In this document: positions 24,944-34,643 of the stretch, in pieces | How the letters are laid out: the number at the start of each line of letters is the position of its first letter | How positions within the stretch are numbered: the stretch's first letter is position 1 | Assembly (NCBI GenBank): GCA_944388385.1 | Contig: CALXIO010000004.1 | Location: 20,226-84,225 of the forward strand | Reading direction: 5' to 3' | DNA length: 64,000 bases | From: an uncultured Ruminiclostridium sp. | GTDB lineage: Bacteria > Bacillota > Clostridia > Oscillospirales > Ruminococcaceae | The notes under the pieces: generated by a model | Told to the model about the DNA's origin: nothing | The model's database searches: none | Seen by the model: the letters and a program-made list of their open reading frames with translations, nothing else | Program-made: the position numbers and the translations under genes

Positions 24944-25000
24944 GTAAAATGGGAGGTTTTTAAATAAAATATACTATATAATGAAAATGGACAAATTCAG

Positions 25001-25029
25001 TTGACAAAACAGCATAATAAGTGTATAAT
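25001..25029 (+). promoter_or_regulatory. Sigma-A promoter of secA
   Basis: TTGACA, 17 nt, TATAAT with an upstream TG. It overlaps the ORF-track GTG start at 25021, which is therefore not the real start. Confidence 0.7.
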
Positions 25030-25113
25030 ATAAGAGTATGTAAACTGAAGAAAATATACTTTGGGGTGCAGATAAAAAGATTTCATCTTCACAAACGAAA
25101 GGAAAGAAAGATA

Positions 25114-27828
25114 TTGAGCATACTTACAAAATTATTCGGCAATTACTCCGAAAAGGAAATAAAGCGTATTACTCCCATTAAAGACAAGGTACTTGAGCTG
25201 GAGGCAAGATATTCCTCCATGACCGATACTGAGCTTAAAGGGCAGACAAATATTTTAAAGGGCAGACTTGCAAACGGTGAAACCTTAGAGCAGATTTTAC
25301 CCGATGCCTTTGCGGTATGCCGTGAGGCTATGTGGCGAGTACTTGGCAAAAAGCCCTACCCTGTACAGATACTTGGCGGTATTATACTTTTCCAGGGTCG
25401 TATAGCAGAAATGAGAACCGGTGAAGGTAAAACCTTCGTAGCGGCACTTCCCTCTTATCTTGTGGGTCTCAGCGGCAAGGGTGTTCATGTTGTAACCGTA
25501 AATGACTACCTTGCAAGACGTGACGGTGAGATGATTGGCCGTGTACACCGCTTTTTAGGACTTACCGTAGGTCTTATTCTTCATGATATGACAAACAATC
25601 AGAGAAGACAGTCCTATAACTGTGATATTACCTACGGTACAAATAACGAATTCGGCTTTGACTACCTTCGTGATAATATGTGTATGCACAAGAAGGACAA
25701 GGTTCAAAGAGAGCATAACTTTGCTATCGTGGACGAGGTGGACTCTATCCTTATTGATGAGGCGAGAACTCCCCTTATTATTTCCGGCCCCGGCGATAAG
25801 TCCTCTGATCTTTATGTAAAGGCCAACAAGGTTGCAAAGGCATTAAAGCCCTTTAAGGTTGTTGAGCTTGACAGCAAGGAGGATCAGGACGTTATCGACG
25901 GCGACTATATCATTGACGAAAAGGCAAAGAATGCCACACTTACTCAAAGAGGTGTTAAGAAGGCTGAGGCATTCTTCGGTGTTGAAAACCTTATGGATCC
26001 GGACAATATGACACTTCTTCACCATGTAAACCAGGCTATCAAGGCACAGGGTGTTATGAAGCGTGATGTTGACTATGTTGTAAAGGACGGAGAAATTGTT
26101 ATCGTTGATGAATTTACCGGACGTCTTATGTTCGGCCGTCGCTTTAACGAGGGCTTACACCAGGCTATCGAAGCTAAGGAAGGTGTTAAGATCAAAAACG
26201 AAAGCAAGACACTTGCTACAATCACCTTCCAGAACTTCTTCAGACTTTATGACAGACTTTCCGGTATGACCGGTACAGGTATGACTGAGGAAGCGGAATT
26301 CAGACAGATATATTCACTTGACGTTATTGAAATTCCCACAAATAAGCCTGTTGCAAGAATTGACCATGAGGATCAGGTTTACAAAAACGAAAACGGCAAA
26401 TATACCGCTGTTATAAGACAGATTGAGGAATGTCACGCAAAGGGACAGCCTGTGCTTGTAGGTACTGTTACCATTGAAAAGTCAGAGCTTTTATCCTCCA
26501 TGCTTAAGAGAAAGGGCATAAAGCACGAGGTACTTAATGCTAAAAATCACGAGCGTGAAGCGGAGATAGTTGCCCAGGCAGGTAAAAAGGGTGCTGTTAC
26601 CATTGCTACCAACATGGCAGGCCGTGGTACCGATATTATGCTTGGCGGTAACGCTGAATATTTAGCTAAGGCTAAGATGAGAAAGGAAGGCATGGACGAG
26701 GAGCTTATAAATGAAGCTACCGGCTTTGCCGAAACCGATAACGAGGATATTCTCAATGCAAGAGATACCTATAAGAAGTACAACGACGAATTCAAGGCTC
26801 AGATAGAATCCGAAGCGGAAGAGGTTAAGAAGGCAGGCGGTCTTTTCATACTTGGTACTGAGCGTCACGAATCAAGACGTATCGATAACCAGTTAAGAGG
26901 TCGTGCAGGCCGTCAGGGTGACCCCGGCGAAAGCCGTTTCTTCATCTCCCTTGAGGATGACCTTATGAGAATGTTCGGCGGTGAGCGTGTTCAGTCTGTA
27001 ATGCAGAGCCTTGGTATTGATGAGGATGTGCCTATCGAAAATAAGTTCCTTACTAATACCATTGAATCCTCACAGAAAAAGGTTGAGGGTCGTAACTTTG
27101 CAATCCGTAAGAATGTCCTTGACTTTGACGATGTTATGTCACAGCAGAGAGCTACCATTTACGCCCAGAGAAACAAGGTGCTTGACGGCGAGGATGTAAG
27201 CGAATATGTAAAGAACATGATAAAGGAAGCTATCGAGGAGAATGTAAAGACCTACTGCTCTGATGATTATGCTGAAAACTGGAACTTTATCGGTCTGCGT
27301 GAGCATTTTGCAGGTATGCTGACTACTGAGGATGACTTTAACTATACCACCGATGACTTAAATCAGATCGACCGCAAGGATATTATAAATCTTCTTCAGC
27401 AGCGTGCTGAGGAGCTTTATGCTAAGCGTGAGGCTGAATTTGGCTCTGAAAATATGCGTGAGATCGAGCGTATCTGTCTGCTTAAGGTAGTTGATACAAA
27501 GTGGATGGATCATATCGACGCTATGGAGGAATTAAAGAGAGGTATCTACTTAAGAAGCTATGCACAGCGTGACCCCGTAGTAGAATACCGTATAGAAGGC
27601 TTTGCTATGTTTGATGATATGATTTCATCAATAAGAGAGGATACAGCAAGACTTGTTCTTACAGTAAAGGTATCCTTCCAGGAGCCCTTACAAAGAGAAC
27701 AGGTTATGAAGCCTCACCCTGAAAATGCAGGCTCTACCACCCCTGTTAAGGCCGGAACCAAGGTAGGAAGAAACGACCCCTGCCCCTGTGGTTCAGGCAA
27801 AAAATACAAGCAGTGCTGTGGTAAATAA
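25114..27828 (+). CDS. secA: Preprotein translocase ATPase SecA
   Basis: (M)[18 protein letters not shown]-terminus, MRTGEGKT Walker [21 protein letters not shown]-terminal zinc motif [17 protein letters not shown] 25114 follows GAAAGGAAAG. Confidence 0.95.
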   Translation: MSILTKLFGNYSEKEIKRITPIKDKVLELEARYSSMTDTELKGQTNILKGRLANGETLEQILPDAFAVCREAMWRVLGKKPYPVQILGGIILFQGRIAEMRTGEGKTFVAALPSYLVGLSGKGVHVVTVNDYLARRDGEMIGRVHRFLGLTVGLILHDMTNNQRRQSYNCDITYGTNNEFGFDYLRDNMCMHKKDKVQREHNFAIVDEVDSILIDEARTPLIISGPGDKSSDLYVKANKVAKALKPFKVVELDSKEDQDVIDGDYIIDEKAKNATLTQRGVKKAEAFFGVENLMDPDNMTLLHHVNQAIKAQGVMKRDVDYVVKDGEIVIVDEFTGRLMFGRRFNEGLHQAIEAKEGVKIKNESKTLATITFQNFFRLYDRLSGMTGTGMTEEAEFRQIYSLDVIEIPTNKPVARIDHEDQVYKNENGKYTAVIRQIEECHAKGQPVLVGTVTIEKSELLSSMLKRKGIKHEVLNAKNHEREAEIVAQAGKKGAVTIATNMAGRGTDIMLGGNAEYLAKAKMRKEGMDEELINEATGFAETDNEDILNARDTYKKYNDEFKAQIESEAEEVKKAGGLFILGTERHESRRIDNQLRGRAGRQGDPGESRFFISLEDDLMRMFGGERVQSVMQSLGIDEDVPIENKFLTNTIESSQKKVEGRNFAIRKNVLDFDDVMSQQRATIYAQRNKVLDGEDVSEYVKNMIKEAIEENVKTYCSDDYAENWNFIGLREHFAGMLTTEDDFNYTTDDLNQIDRKDIINLLQQRAEELYAKREAEFGSENMREIERICLLKVVDTKWMDHIDAMEELKRGIYLRSYAQRDPVVEYRIEGFAMFDDMISSIREDTARLVLTVKVSFQEPLQREQVMKPHPENAGSTTPVKAGTKVGRNDPCPCGSGKKYKQCCGK

Positions 27829-27874
27829 TAAAGCCGAAAACGGCAAATAAGCAATACCCCAAGGAGGAATTTTT

Positions 27875-29158
27875 ATGGCTGAGATTAAAGCCTTTAAAGC
27901 AATGAGATTTTCCGATAAGGCAGGCAGCATAGGCTCTGTATGCTGTCCTCCCTATGATATTATAAGCCCGGAGCAAAGACAGGCATTTTTAGAACAAAAT
28001 CCCTACAACATTATCCGTCTTGAGCTTCCCAAGGTGGAGCATGAAACTGATGAGGCATATGACGTTGCAGGCGAAACTGTAAGGGACTGGCTTTCCGAGG
28101 GTATACTGGGAATTGATGAAAAGCCCGGTATATATATCTATGAAATGGAATTTACCGCTTATGAAAAGAAGTACAGCGTAAAGGGATATATTTCCCTTGT
28201 AAAGCTGGAGGAATTTTCTAAGGGTGTAATTCTTCCCCATGAGGAAACCTTATCAAAGGCAAAAAGGGACAGATTCAGCCTTATGTGTGCTACCGGCTGT
28301 AATTTCAGTCAGATCTATTCCCTTTACAATGACAAGGACGGAAGTGTATTTTCACTTATCGAAAAGGCATCAGCCGGAAAACCCGACAATGAATTTACCG
28401 ACGGTGACGGTGTTATTCACAGATTATGGTGCTGTTATGATGAGGAAATTTTAAATGCAATCAGCGCCGGTATGGCTAATAAGAAGTTATATATAGCTGA
28501 CGGCCATCACAGATATGAAACTGCTTTAAGATTCCGTAATCATATAAGAACTCTTGGTATTGAAGCAGGCTCCAGCGAATATATTCCCATGATGCTTGTA
28601 AATCTTGAAAATGACGGACTGGTGGTATTCCCCACCCACAGAATTGTAAGAGATTTAGAGGATTTTGATATTGATGCTGTTATTGAAAAGTGCAGTGACT
28701 ATTTTGAAATTGCCGGTATGCAGGACAGACACGAGGCAGAAGCACAGCTTTCAAAGGCTTATGATAACGGCAAAAAGGCATTTGTGCTTTATTGCAGAAA
28801 CGGTGGCTATACCCTTCTTACCTTAAAGGATACAGAGGTTATGAATAAGCTGATGCCAAATGCAAGTAAGGCATTAAGAGAGCTTGATGTAAGCGTGCTT
28901 CATACTCTTATACTTGAAAGAATATTCGGTATAGATAAGGAGAACATGGCAAATCAGATAAATCTCACCTACACAAGAGATTCAAACGAGGCTGTTGACT
29001 GTGTGGAAAAGGGTATTGCAGACTGCTGCTTCTTACTTAATCCCACAAGAGTTTCTGAGATAAGCGATGTGGCTACTGCGGGAGAAAAAATGCCCCAGAA
29101 GTCAACCTACTTCTATCCCAAGCTCACAACAGGACTTGTACTTAATAAAATTTTTTAA
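27875..29158 (+). CDS. DUF1015-family protein
   Basis: The N-terminal pattern IKAFKAMRF...PPYDIIS and the ADGHHRYETAL motif match my recollection of DUF1015. Confidence 0.7.
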   Translation: MAEIKAFKAMRFSDKAGSIGSVCCPPYDIISPEQRQAFLEQNPYNIIRLELPKVEHETDEAYDVAGETVRDWLSEGILGIDEKPGIYIYEMEFTAYEKKYSVKGYISLVKLEEFSKGVILPHEETLSKAKRDRFSLMCATGCNFSQIYSLYNDKDGSVFSLIEKASAGKPDNEFTDGDGVIHRLWCCYDEEILNAISAGMANKKLYIADGHHRYETALRFRNHIRTLGIEAGSSEYIPMMLVNLENDGLVVFPTHRIVRDLEDFDIDAVIEKCSDYFEIAGMQDRHEAEAQLSKAYDNGKKAFVLYCRNGGYTLLTLKDTEVMNKLMPNASKALRELDVSVLHTLILERIFGIDKENMANQINLTYTRDSNEAVDCVEKGIADCCFLLNPTRVSEISDVATAGEKMPQKSTYFYPKLTTGLVLNKIF

Positions 29159-29173
29159 TCAGGAGAAATTAAA

Positions 29174-30334
29174 ATGCTTTCTAGAGAATGTAAAAATGAA
29201 CTTGTAAATCATATTATTCCCTTCTGGAATAAGCTCGAAGACAAGGAAAAGGGCGGATTTTACGGTTATGTGGGAAATGATCTCACACTTGATAAGGATG
29301 CACCTAAGGGTGTTATTCTTCACTCACGCATTTTATGGTTTTACTCTAACTGCTATCTGGTACTTAAGGACCCTGAGTGTCTTTCAAAGGCACGCCATGC
29401 CTTTAATTTCATGATAAAGCACTGTATCGACGAGAAAAACGGCGGTGTTTACTGGATGCTTAATGCAGACGGCAGCGTAAATGACAGTATGAAGCATACC
29501 TACTGCCAGGCATTCTTTATTTACGCATTATCCAGCTACTATGACGCTTCTAAGGACAAGAAAGCCCTTGAAATTGCCACAAGACTTTTTGAAACAGTTG
29601 AAAAGCATTGTCGTGATGAGGTTGCTTATCTTGAAGCGTTTTCTGAGGATTGGAGCATTATTCCGAACGATGCCCTTTCCGAAAACGGCCTTATGGCTGA
29701 TAAGACAATGAACACTACCCTGCACCTTATTGAGGCATATACTGAGCTTTACAGAGTGGACAAAAATCCTGCTGTATTAAAGGCTCTTCGCTTCCAGACT
29801 GAAATAATGCTTAATAAGATTTACGACCCTGTAAGAGGTCAGCTTATGGTGTTCTTTGATAAGGACCTTAATGAAATCGGGGATATTTATTCCTACGGTC
29901 ATGATATTGAGGCTACCTGGCTTATGGACAGAGCCTGTGATGTTATCGGCGATGAGCATTTATCAAAGAGAGTGGCTGAAATGAACAAGGTGATAGTTGA
30001 AAATATCGCAAAAAGAGCTATCAGTCACGGCAGACTTAATAACGAGGTTGAAAAGGGTGTAATAAACACCTGGCATATCTGGTGGGTACAGGCTGAGGGT
30101 GTTGTAGGCTTCTACAATGCTTATCAGAGATACGGGGATGCACGCTACCTTGATATTGCTCGTGGCTTATGGAAGTACATAACCGAGCATATCATTGATA
30201 AGAGAGAGGGCGGCGAATGGCATTCACAGGTGGATGATACTGAGGTTCCCTCCCCTGACAAGCCTGTGGTTGACCCCTGGAAGTGCCCCTATCACAACGG
30301 AAGAATGTGTCTTGAAATAATCACAAGAATGTAA
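29174..30334 (+). CDS. N-acylglucosamine 2-epimerase superfamily protein, cellobiose 2-epimerase-like
   Basis: HIIPFWNKL.D.E.GGFYGY, KGVILHSRILWFYSN, ADKTMNT.LHLIEAYTELY, GHDIEATWLMDRACDV, WWVQAE.VVGF, PWKCPYHNGRMC. This agrees closely with the Ruminococcus albus cellobiose 2-epimerase as I remember it. Confidence 0.75.
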   Translation: MLSRECKNELVNHIIPFWNKLEDKEKGGFYGYVGNDLTLDKDAPKGVILHSRILWFYSNCYLVLKDPECLSKARHAFNFMIKHCIDEKNGGVYWMLNADGSVNDSMKHTYCQAFFIYALSSYYDASKDKKALEIATRLFETVEKHCRDEVAYLEAFSEDWSIIPNDALSENGLMADKTMNTTLHLIEAYTELYRVDKNPAVLKALRFQTEIMLNKIYDPVRGQLMVFFDKDLNEIGDIYSYGHDIEATWLMDRACDVIGDEHLSKRVAEMNKVIVENIAKRAISHGRLNNEVEKGVINTWHIWWVQAEGVVGFYNAYQRYGDARYLDIARGLWKYITEHIIDKREGGEWHSQVDDTEVPSPDKPVVDPWKCPYHNGRMCLEIITRM

Positions 30335-30347
30335 TTTAAGGTGTCTT

Positions 30348-31349
30348 ATGACTTACAAAAAATCAAAAGGACTTAGAGCTGTAATATCGGCTTTGCTTTG
30401 CCTTAGCTGTGCTGTTTGTCTGTCGGGCTGTAATAGTGACCCGGTGGATGCTCAGATAGTAAAGCCCATAGGCGAAACAAAGGTTACCTACGATACCGCA
30501 AAGGCAACGGTAATGACTATAAAGACTGAGGAGAAGGTTCCTGCTACTGCAAGCTTTTCTAAGTCTGTGTCATTTACCGCCCCCTATGACGGAAAAATCT
30601 CCATGAATAATGCCATGAGAAACTCAAAGGTTAATGAGGGTGATGTCATTATGTCCATGGATACCACCGATATTGATTTTCAGATAAACGAGCTTAAAAT
30701 AAAGATTGCCGCAGAGGGTAATTCTGTACAGAAGGGTTATCTTCAGATTGAACTGGATAAGCTCCAGGCTCAAAGAGATGCCGCTGTGGTTATTGCTCCC
30801 TTTGACGGCATGATACTTGAATGTACCTATGCCGCCACCGGTGAGGATATAGGCGCAGGAAAAAATCTTTGTACCATAGTTGATGAAAATTCCCTTTACT
30901 TTTTCAATGACCAGGGCGGCGGAAGAAATCTCCGCTTTGGTATGGATGTAAGTATTGTGGTAAATGACAAGACCTATGATGCAAAGGTTACAGCAGCACC
31001 GGATACCGCCCCTGAGGATGCGTCAAGCAAGGCTAAGAAATACTCCGCTGTTCATCTGACGGAGGATAGCTTAAAGCAGGTACTTGAGGATAACAAGGGT
31101 GCGGCGCAGGTAGTTGCAGGCTGGGCTACCATTCAGGCTATAACCGTTCAGCGTGACAATGTGCTTGCAGTACCTGAGCAGGCTGTCAAAAAGGACGGAC
31201 AGAAGTATTATTGCAGTATATTGCAGGGTGAGGAAAAATACGATATGCCTGTTGAGGTAGGTGCTACCGCAGGAGGATATATTGAGATACTAAGCGGCCT
31301 TAACGAGGGCGATGAGGTTATCCTTACCGATAATAAGAATAATAAGTAA
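30348..31349 (+). CDS. Lipoprotein, HlyD/membrane-fusion (periplasmic adaptor)-like
   Basis: Signal peptide with lipobox LSGC. Barrel-sandwich / coiled-coil style segments (IDFQINELKIKIAAEGN...LQAQRDAAVVIAPFDGMI). Confidence 0.6.
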   Translation: MTYKKSKGLRAVISALLCLSCAVCLSGCNSDPVDAQIVKPIGETKVTYDTAKATVMTIKTEEKVPATASFSKSVSFTAPYDGKISMNNAMRNSKVNEGDVIMSMDTTDIDFQINELKIKIAAEGNSVQKGYLQIELDKLQAQRDAAVVIAPFDGMILECTYAATGEDIGAGKNLCTIVDENSLYFFNDQGGGRNLRFGMDVSIVVNDKTYDAKVTAAPDTAPEDASSKAKKYSAVHLTEDSLKQVLEDNKGAAQVVAGWATIQAITVQRDNVLAVPEQAVKKDGQKYYCSILQGEEKYDMPVEVGATAGGYIEILSGLNEGDEVILTDNKNNK

Positions 31350-31353
31350 TGTA

Positions 31354-31389
31354 AATCGGCGTATTAAGGTACGCCGATTTTTATTTTTG
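31354..31389 (+). terminator. Rho-independent terminator
   Basis: AATCGGCGTA - 6-nt loop - TACGCCGATT followed by TTTTATTTTT. Confidence 0.8.
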
Positions 31390-31432
31390 CATATAGTGTT
31401 AATACCGTAATTTTATGAAAGGCGGACACTAT

Positions 31433-33433
31433 ATGGATAATAAGGTAAGGGTAGCCTTGGCAGGAAATCCCAATGTGGGCAAAAGCACTCTTTTTAATTT
31501 GCTTACAGGACTTAAACAGCACACCGGAAACTGGGCAGGAAAAACAGTTGAAAATGCCACCGGGTATTTTAAATATAAGGACAGGATTTTTGAAATAACC
31601 GATCTTCCGGGAACATATTCCCTTATGGCACATTCCCCGGAGGAGGAAATAGCAAGGGATTTTATCTGCCTTGAAAAGCCGGATATTACAGTTATAGTAT
31701 GTGATTGCTCCCTGCTTGAAAGGAATTTAAATCTTGCCATACAGGCTATGGAAATAACCGATAATGTAATACTTGTGCTTAATCTTGCGGACGAGGCAAG
31801 AAAAAGAAAAATAACCGTGGATGAAAAACGGTTATCAGAGCTTTTATCCTGTCCGGTGGTAAAAATGTCCGCAAGAAATAAGGAGGGACTAAAGGAATTT
31901 TACGACACCCTATATAAGGCGGTAGATAATACACTTCCCTGCTTTAAGTCCCGTTATACAAGGGATATAGAAAATGCAATTTCCGGATTTTTAAGCCTTA
32001 ACAGTCCCCCACCTGAGATAAACAGTCGGTTTTATGCTTTAAGGTGTTTATCAGAGGATATGGGGTTTAATAAAGATAATACAGATGAAATTCTGGCGCA
32101 AAATAACCTTACTTTGCAAAAGCTGAGGGATAATATTATATCCTGTATTTTCCTTACCGCTGAGGGGATATGCAGTGAATGTGTTACTGCAAACAAAGGC
32201 AAAAAAGCAGAAAGCCGGGCGGATAAAATCCTTACCGGGAAAATAACCGCCGTTCCTATTATGATACTTATGCTGATGATAATATTATGGCTGACGGTAA
32301 ACGGGGCAAATTACCCCTCCTCCCTTTTGTCGCAGCTTTTTACCAAGGGGGAAATATTAGTATCCGGATTTCTTTCGGATATAAATTGCTCTGATATTAT
32401 AAACAGCCTTATATGTGAGGGTATTATAAGGGTAACAGGCTGGGTGGTGGCGGTAATGCTTCCCCCTATGGCTGTATTCTTTCCCCTTTTTACCTTGCTT
32501 GAGGATGGTGGAATTTTACCCCGTATAGCCTTTAACCTTGACGGGGCTTTAAAAAAGGCTCATTCCTGCGGAAAACAGGCACTTAGTATGTGTATGAGCC
32601 TTGGCTGTAATGCCTGCGGTGTTACAGGGGCAAGAATAATAGACAGCAAAAGGGAAAGACTTTGCGCCATACTTACATCTGCATTTATTCCCTGTAACGG
32701 AAAATTTCCCACCCTTATAAGCATTATATCTATGTTTTTAATTACCGGGGCAGGTGTTTTTGAGGGAATGGCAAAGGCCTTGGGGCTTACCCTTGTACTG
32801 ATAGTATCTGTGGGGGCATCCCTTTTTGCTACTAAGCTTCTGAGCCTTACTATCCTTAAAGGCGAGCCCTCCTCATTTGCCTTGGAATTACCCCCTTATC
32901 GTATGCCGAAAATAGAAAAGGTGCTGGTGCGTTCTCTATTTGACAGGACTGTAAAGATACTTTTAAGGGCGGTTATAGTTTCAGCACCTGCCGGTCTTGT
33001 TATTTGGCTGCTTGCTAATTTAAGCATAAACGATATTTCCCTGCTTTCCTATTGTACCGGGGCTTTTGATGGTATTGGTGGGATAATGGGGCTTGACGGG
33101 GTAATTTTATTTGCATTTATCTTAGGCTTTCCGGCAAATGAAATAGTAGTGCCTATTATAATTATGTCCTATATTGAAGGGGGCAGTATAGCTGAGCTTT
33201 CGGGGAATGACGCTTTAAGGGAGCTTCTTATAAATAACGGCTGGAGTATAAAAACCGCTGTTTGTATGCTTTGCTTTACTATGTTTCATTTTCCCTGCTC
33301 CACTACCTGTATCACTATCTATAAGGAAACCAAAAAAATAAGCTATACCCTGCTGTCGATAGTTTTACCTACTGCCCTTGGTATAGCTCTTTGTGTAATT
33401 TTAAATTGTGCTTTATCTTTATTGGGGTTATAA
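31433..33433 (+). CDS. feoB: Ferrous iron transporter FeoB
   Basis: N-terminal G domain ([20 protein letters not shown]) followed by a polytopic Gate-domain membrane region. I prefer ATG 31433. Confidence 0.92.
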   Translation: MDNKVRVALAGNPNVGKSTLFNLLTGLKQHTGNWAGKTVENATGYFKYKDRIFEITDLPGTYSLMAHSPEEEIARDFICLEKPDITVIVCDCSLLERNLNLAIQAMEITDNVILVLNLADEARKRKITVDEKRLSELLSCPVVKMSARNKEGLKEFYDTLYKAVDNTLPCFKSRYTRDIENAISGFLSLNSPPPEINSRFYALRCLSEDMGFNKDNTDEILAQNNLTLQKLRDNIISCIFLTAEGICSECVTANKGKKAESRADKILTGKITAVPIMILMLMIILWLTVNGANYPSSLLSQLFTKGEILVSGFLSDINCSDIINSLICEGIIRVTGWVVAVMLPPMAVFFPLFTLLEDGGILPRIAFNLDGALKKAHSCGKQALSMCMSLGCNACGVTGARIIDSKRERLCAILTSAFIPCNGKFPTLISIISMFLITGAGVFEGMAKALGLTLVLIVSVGASLFATKLLSLTILKGEPSSFALELPPYRMPKIEKVLVRSLFDRTVKILLRAVIVSAPAGLVIWLLANLSINDISLLSYCTGAFDGIGGIMGLDGVILFAFILGFPANEIVVPIIIMSYIEGGSIAELSGNDALRELLINNGWSIKTAVCMLCFTMFHFPCSTTCITIYKETKKISYTLLSIVLPTALGIALCVILNCALSLLGL

Positions 33434-33985
33434 TTATTCTGCCTTGGATTTTCTTACAAATATCAGCTTAAATACAGTCCTTACAATGGGCTGAATAAAA
33501 AACAGCTGACTGAAAAAGGCAAAGGGGAAATTAAAGCATACCAGCTTTATCCAGTCTGCCAGTAATGTCAGTATGGAAAATCCGGCATAGTAGGGATAAT
33601 AAAGCCATGCCGCAATAAAGCTCATAACCGGACACATAATCCCCACGGTAGCACAGATAACGGCGGTTTCAAACATAACAGGGTGGGTTTTGGTAATGTC
33701 GAACACCTTGCTTGCAAGTCTGAAGGAGGCAGGACTTCCCACAAAAATTTCGATTATGTAGGCAAATAAAAACTCCACTATCACCACCGCCCAAATAGGT
33801 GCCATGTGTCCGCAGAGTAAAACTCCGCCCTGTTTATCAATGGCAGAAAGAACGCTTGTGGCTCCTGTGACGCTCATAAGGGTACTACCGTTTACCACAT
33901 AAAGGCTGTAAAAAACATAGGCGTGTACCGTGATTATCACGGTAATAAGTGCAAATATGCACCTTTGAAATTGATTTTTCGGCAT
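33434..33985 (-). CDS. Hypothetical polytopic membrane protein
   Basis: About five hydrophobic segments. ATG 33985 follows AAAGGAG. No family recognised with confidence. Confidence 0.5.
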   Translation of the reverse strand: MPKNQFQRCIFALITVIITVHAYVFYSLYVVNGSTLMSVTGATSVLSAIDKQGGVLLCGHMAPIWAVVIVEFLFAYIIEIFVGSPASFRLASKVFDITKTHPVMFETAVICATVGIMCPVMSFIAAWLYYPYYAGFSILTLLADWIKLVCFNFPFAFFSQLFFIQPIVRTVFKLIFVRKSKAE

Positions 33986-34002
33986 AAAATTACTCCTTTC
34001 GG

Positions 34003-34092
34003 GCAAACAAAAAACACGCCCTACCATATTGGCATGATCTGACTGATTTTAAGTACCGTAATCAGATTTACATACCAAAAGGTAAAACGTGT
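34003..34092 (-). promoter_or_regulatory. Long imperfect hairpin + U-run in the 5' leader of the membrane-protein gene
   Basis: On the minus strand, ACACGUUUUACC...GGUAGGGCGUGU closes a roughly 79-nt stem-loop with an inner stem UCUGAUU / AAUCAG. It is followed by UUUUUU, then the RBS. Confidence 0.5.
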
Positions 34093-34121
34093 GTCGTTTG
34101 CTGTATTTAATTTACTATATT

Positions 34122-34150
34122 ATTTTATCATATTATTAAGAAATTGTCAA
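34122..34150 (-). promoter_or_regulatory. Sigma-A type promoter
   Basis: On the minus strand, TTGACA, 17 nt, TAAAAT. Confidence 0.6.
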
Positions 34151-34271
34151 CTCGATATTTTAAAATTACTGATTTATTTCAATATCCTGCCGGCCTGAAT
34201 TTGCTGAAAGCTCCGGTGCTTCCCCGGTGAATACGCTTCCTGCCTCCCTCGTCTGCCTTAAATGGACAAAT

Positions 34272-34308
34272 AAAAAATAAAAAGCCCTCCGGCTAATTCC
34301 CGGAGGGC
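34272..34308 (-). terminator. Rho-independent terminator of the 87-aa gene
   Basis: AGCCCTCCGG - 6-nt loop - CCGGAGGGCT, with a long T-run on the minus strand. Confidence 0.8.
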
Positions 34309-34327
34309 TTATTTTGCAAAAAATCAA

Positions 34328-34591
34328 TCAAAATGCAAAATAGTCGGTTGTACCTGAATCAGTTACGATAGCATAGCCGATAATTCTGCCGATCTCGTCG
34401 GGACCGTCAGCTTCAAATACAGTTCCGTACTTTTCACTGGTAGAGATATCAAAATACTTACCGTCATTGTTCTGCTTGATAATAGCACCATTTGACAGAT
34501 AAATCTTGTCGTTGACTACTCTTACCTCTTCAAAAACTTCGCCGTCGTATGCGGTTACATCTCTTGTAAACGGATTGTTAAGATACTTCAT
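34328..34591 (-). CDS. Hypothetical 87-aa protein
   Basis: An ORF with its own terminator and AGGGAGAA-type RBS. No recognisable family. Confidence 0.5.
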   Translation of the reverse strand: MKYLNNPFTRDVTAYDGEVFEEVRVVNDKIYLSNGAIIKQNNDGKYFDISTSEKYGTVFEADGPDEIGRIIGYAIVTDSGTTDYFAF

Positions 34592-34643
34592 TGGTTTTCT
34601 CCCTTTCTGATTAACATATATATCAGTACCCCCATGGTACTAA

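Noticed and set aside
25021-25113. The GTG 25021 start for secA (a 31-aa N-terminal extension).
   Set aside because: The extension overlaps the TTGACA-17-TATAAT promoter (25001-29), so it cannot be transcribed from it. TTG 25114, with an upstream purine-rich RBS, gives the conserved SecA N-terminus.
34160-34270. A GC-richer patch in an otherwise AT-rich intergenic region (ctgccggcctgaatttgctgaaagctccggtgcttccccggtgaatacgcttcctgcctccctcgtctgcc). I examined it as a possible riboswitch, small ORF or gene remnant.
   Set aside because: It lies upstream of the promoter I could identify, and it contains only a weak 4-bp hairpin. It matches no riboswitch consensus I know. The 30-codon frame on the minus strand lacks a usable start codon. 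It may be a decayed gene fragment, but I cannot support any call.
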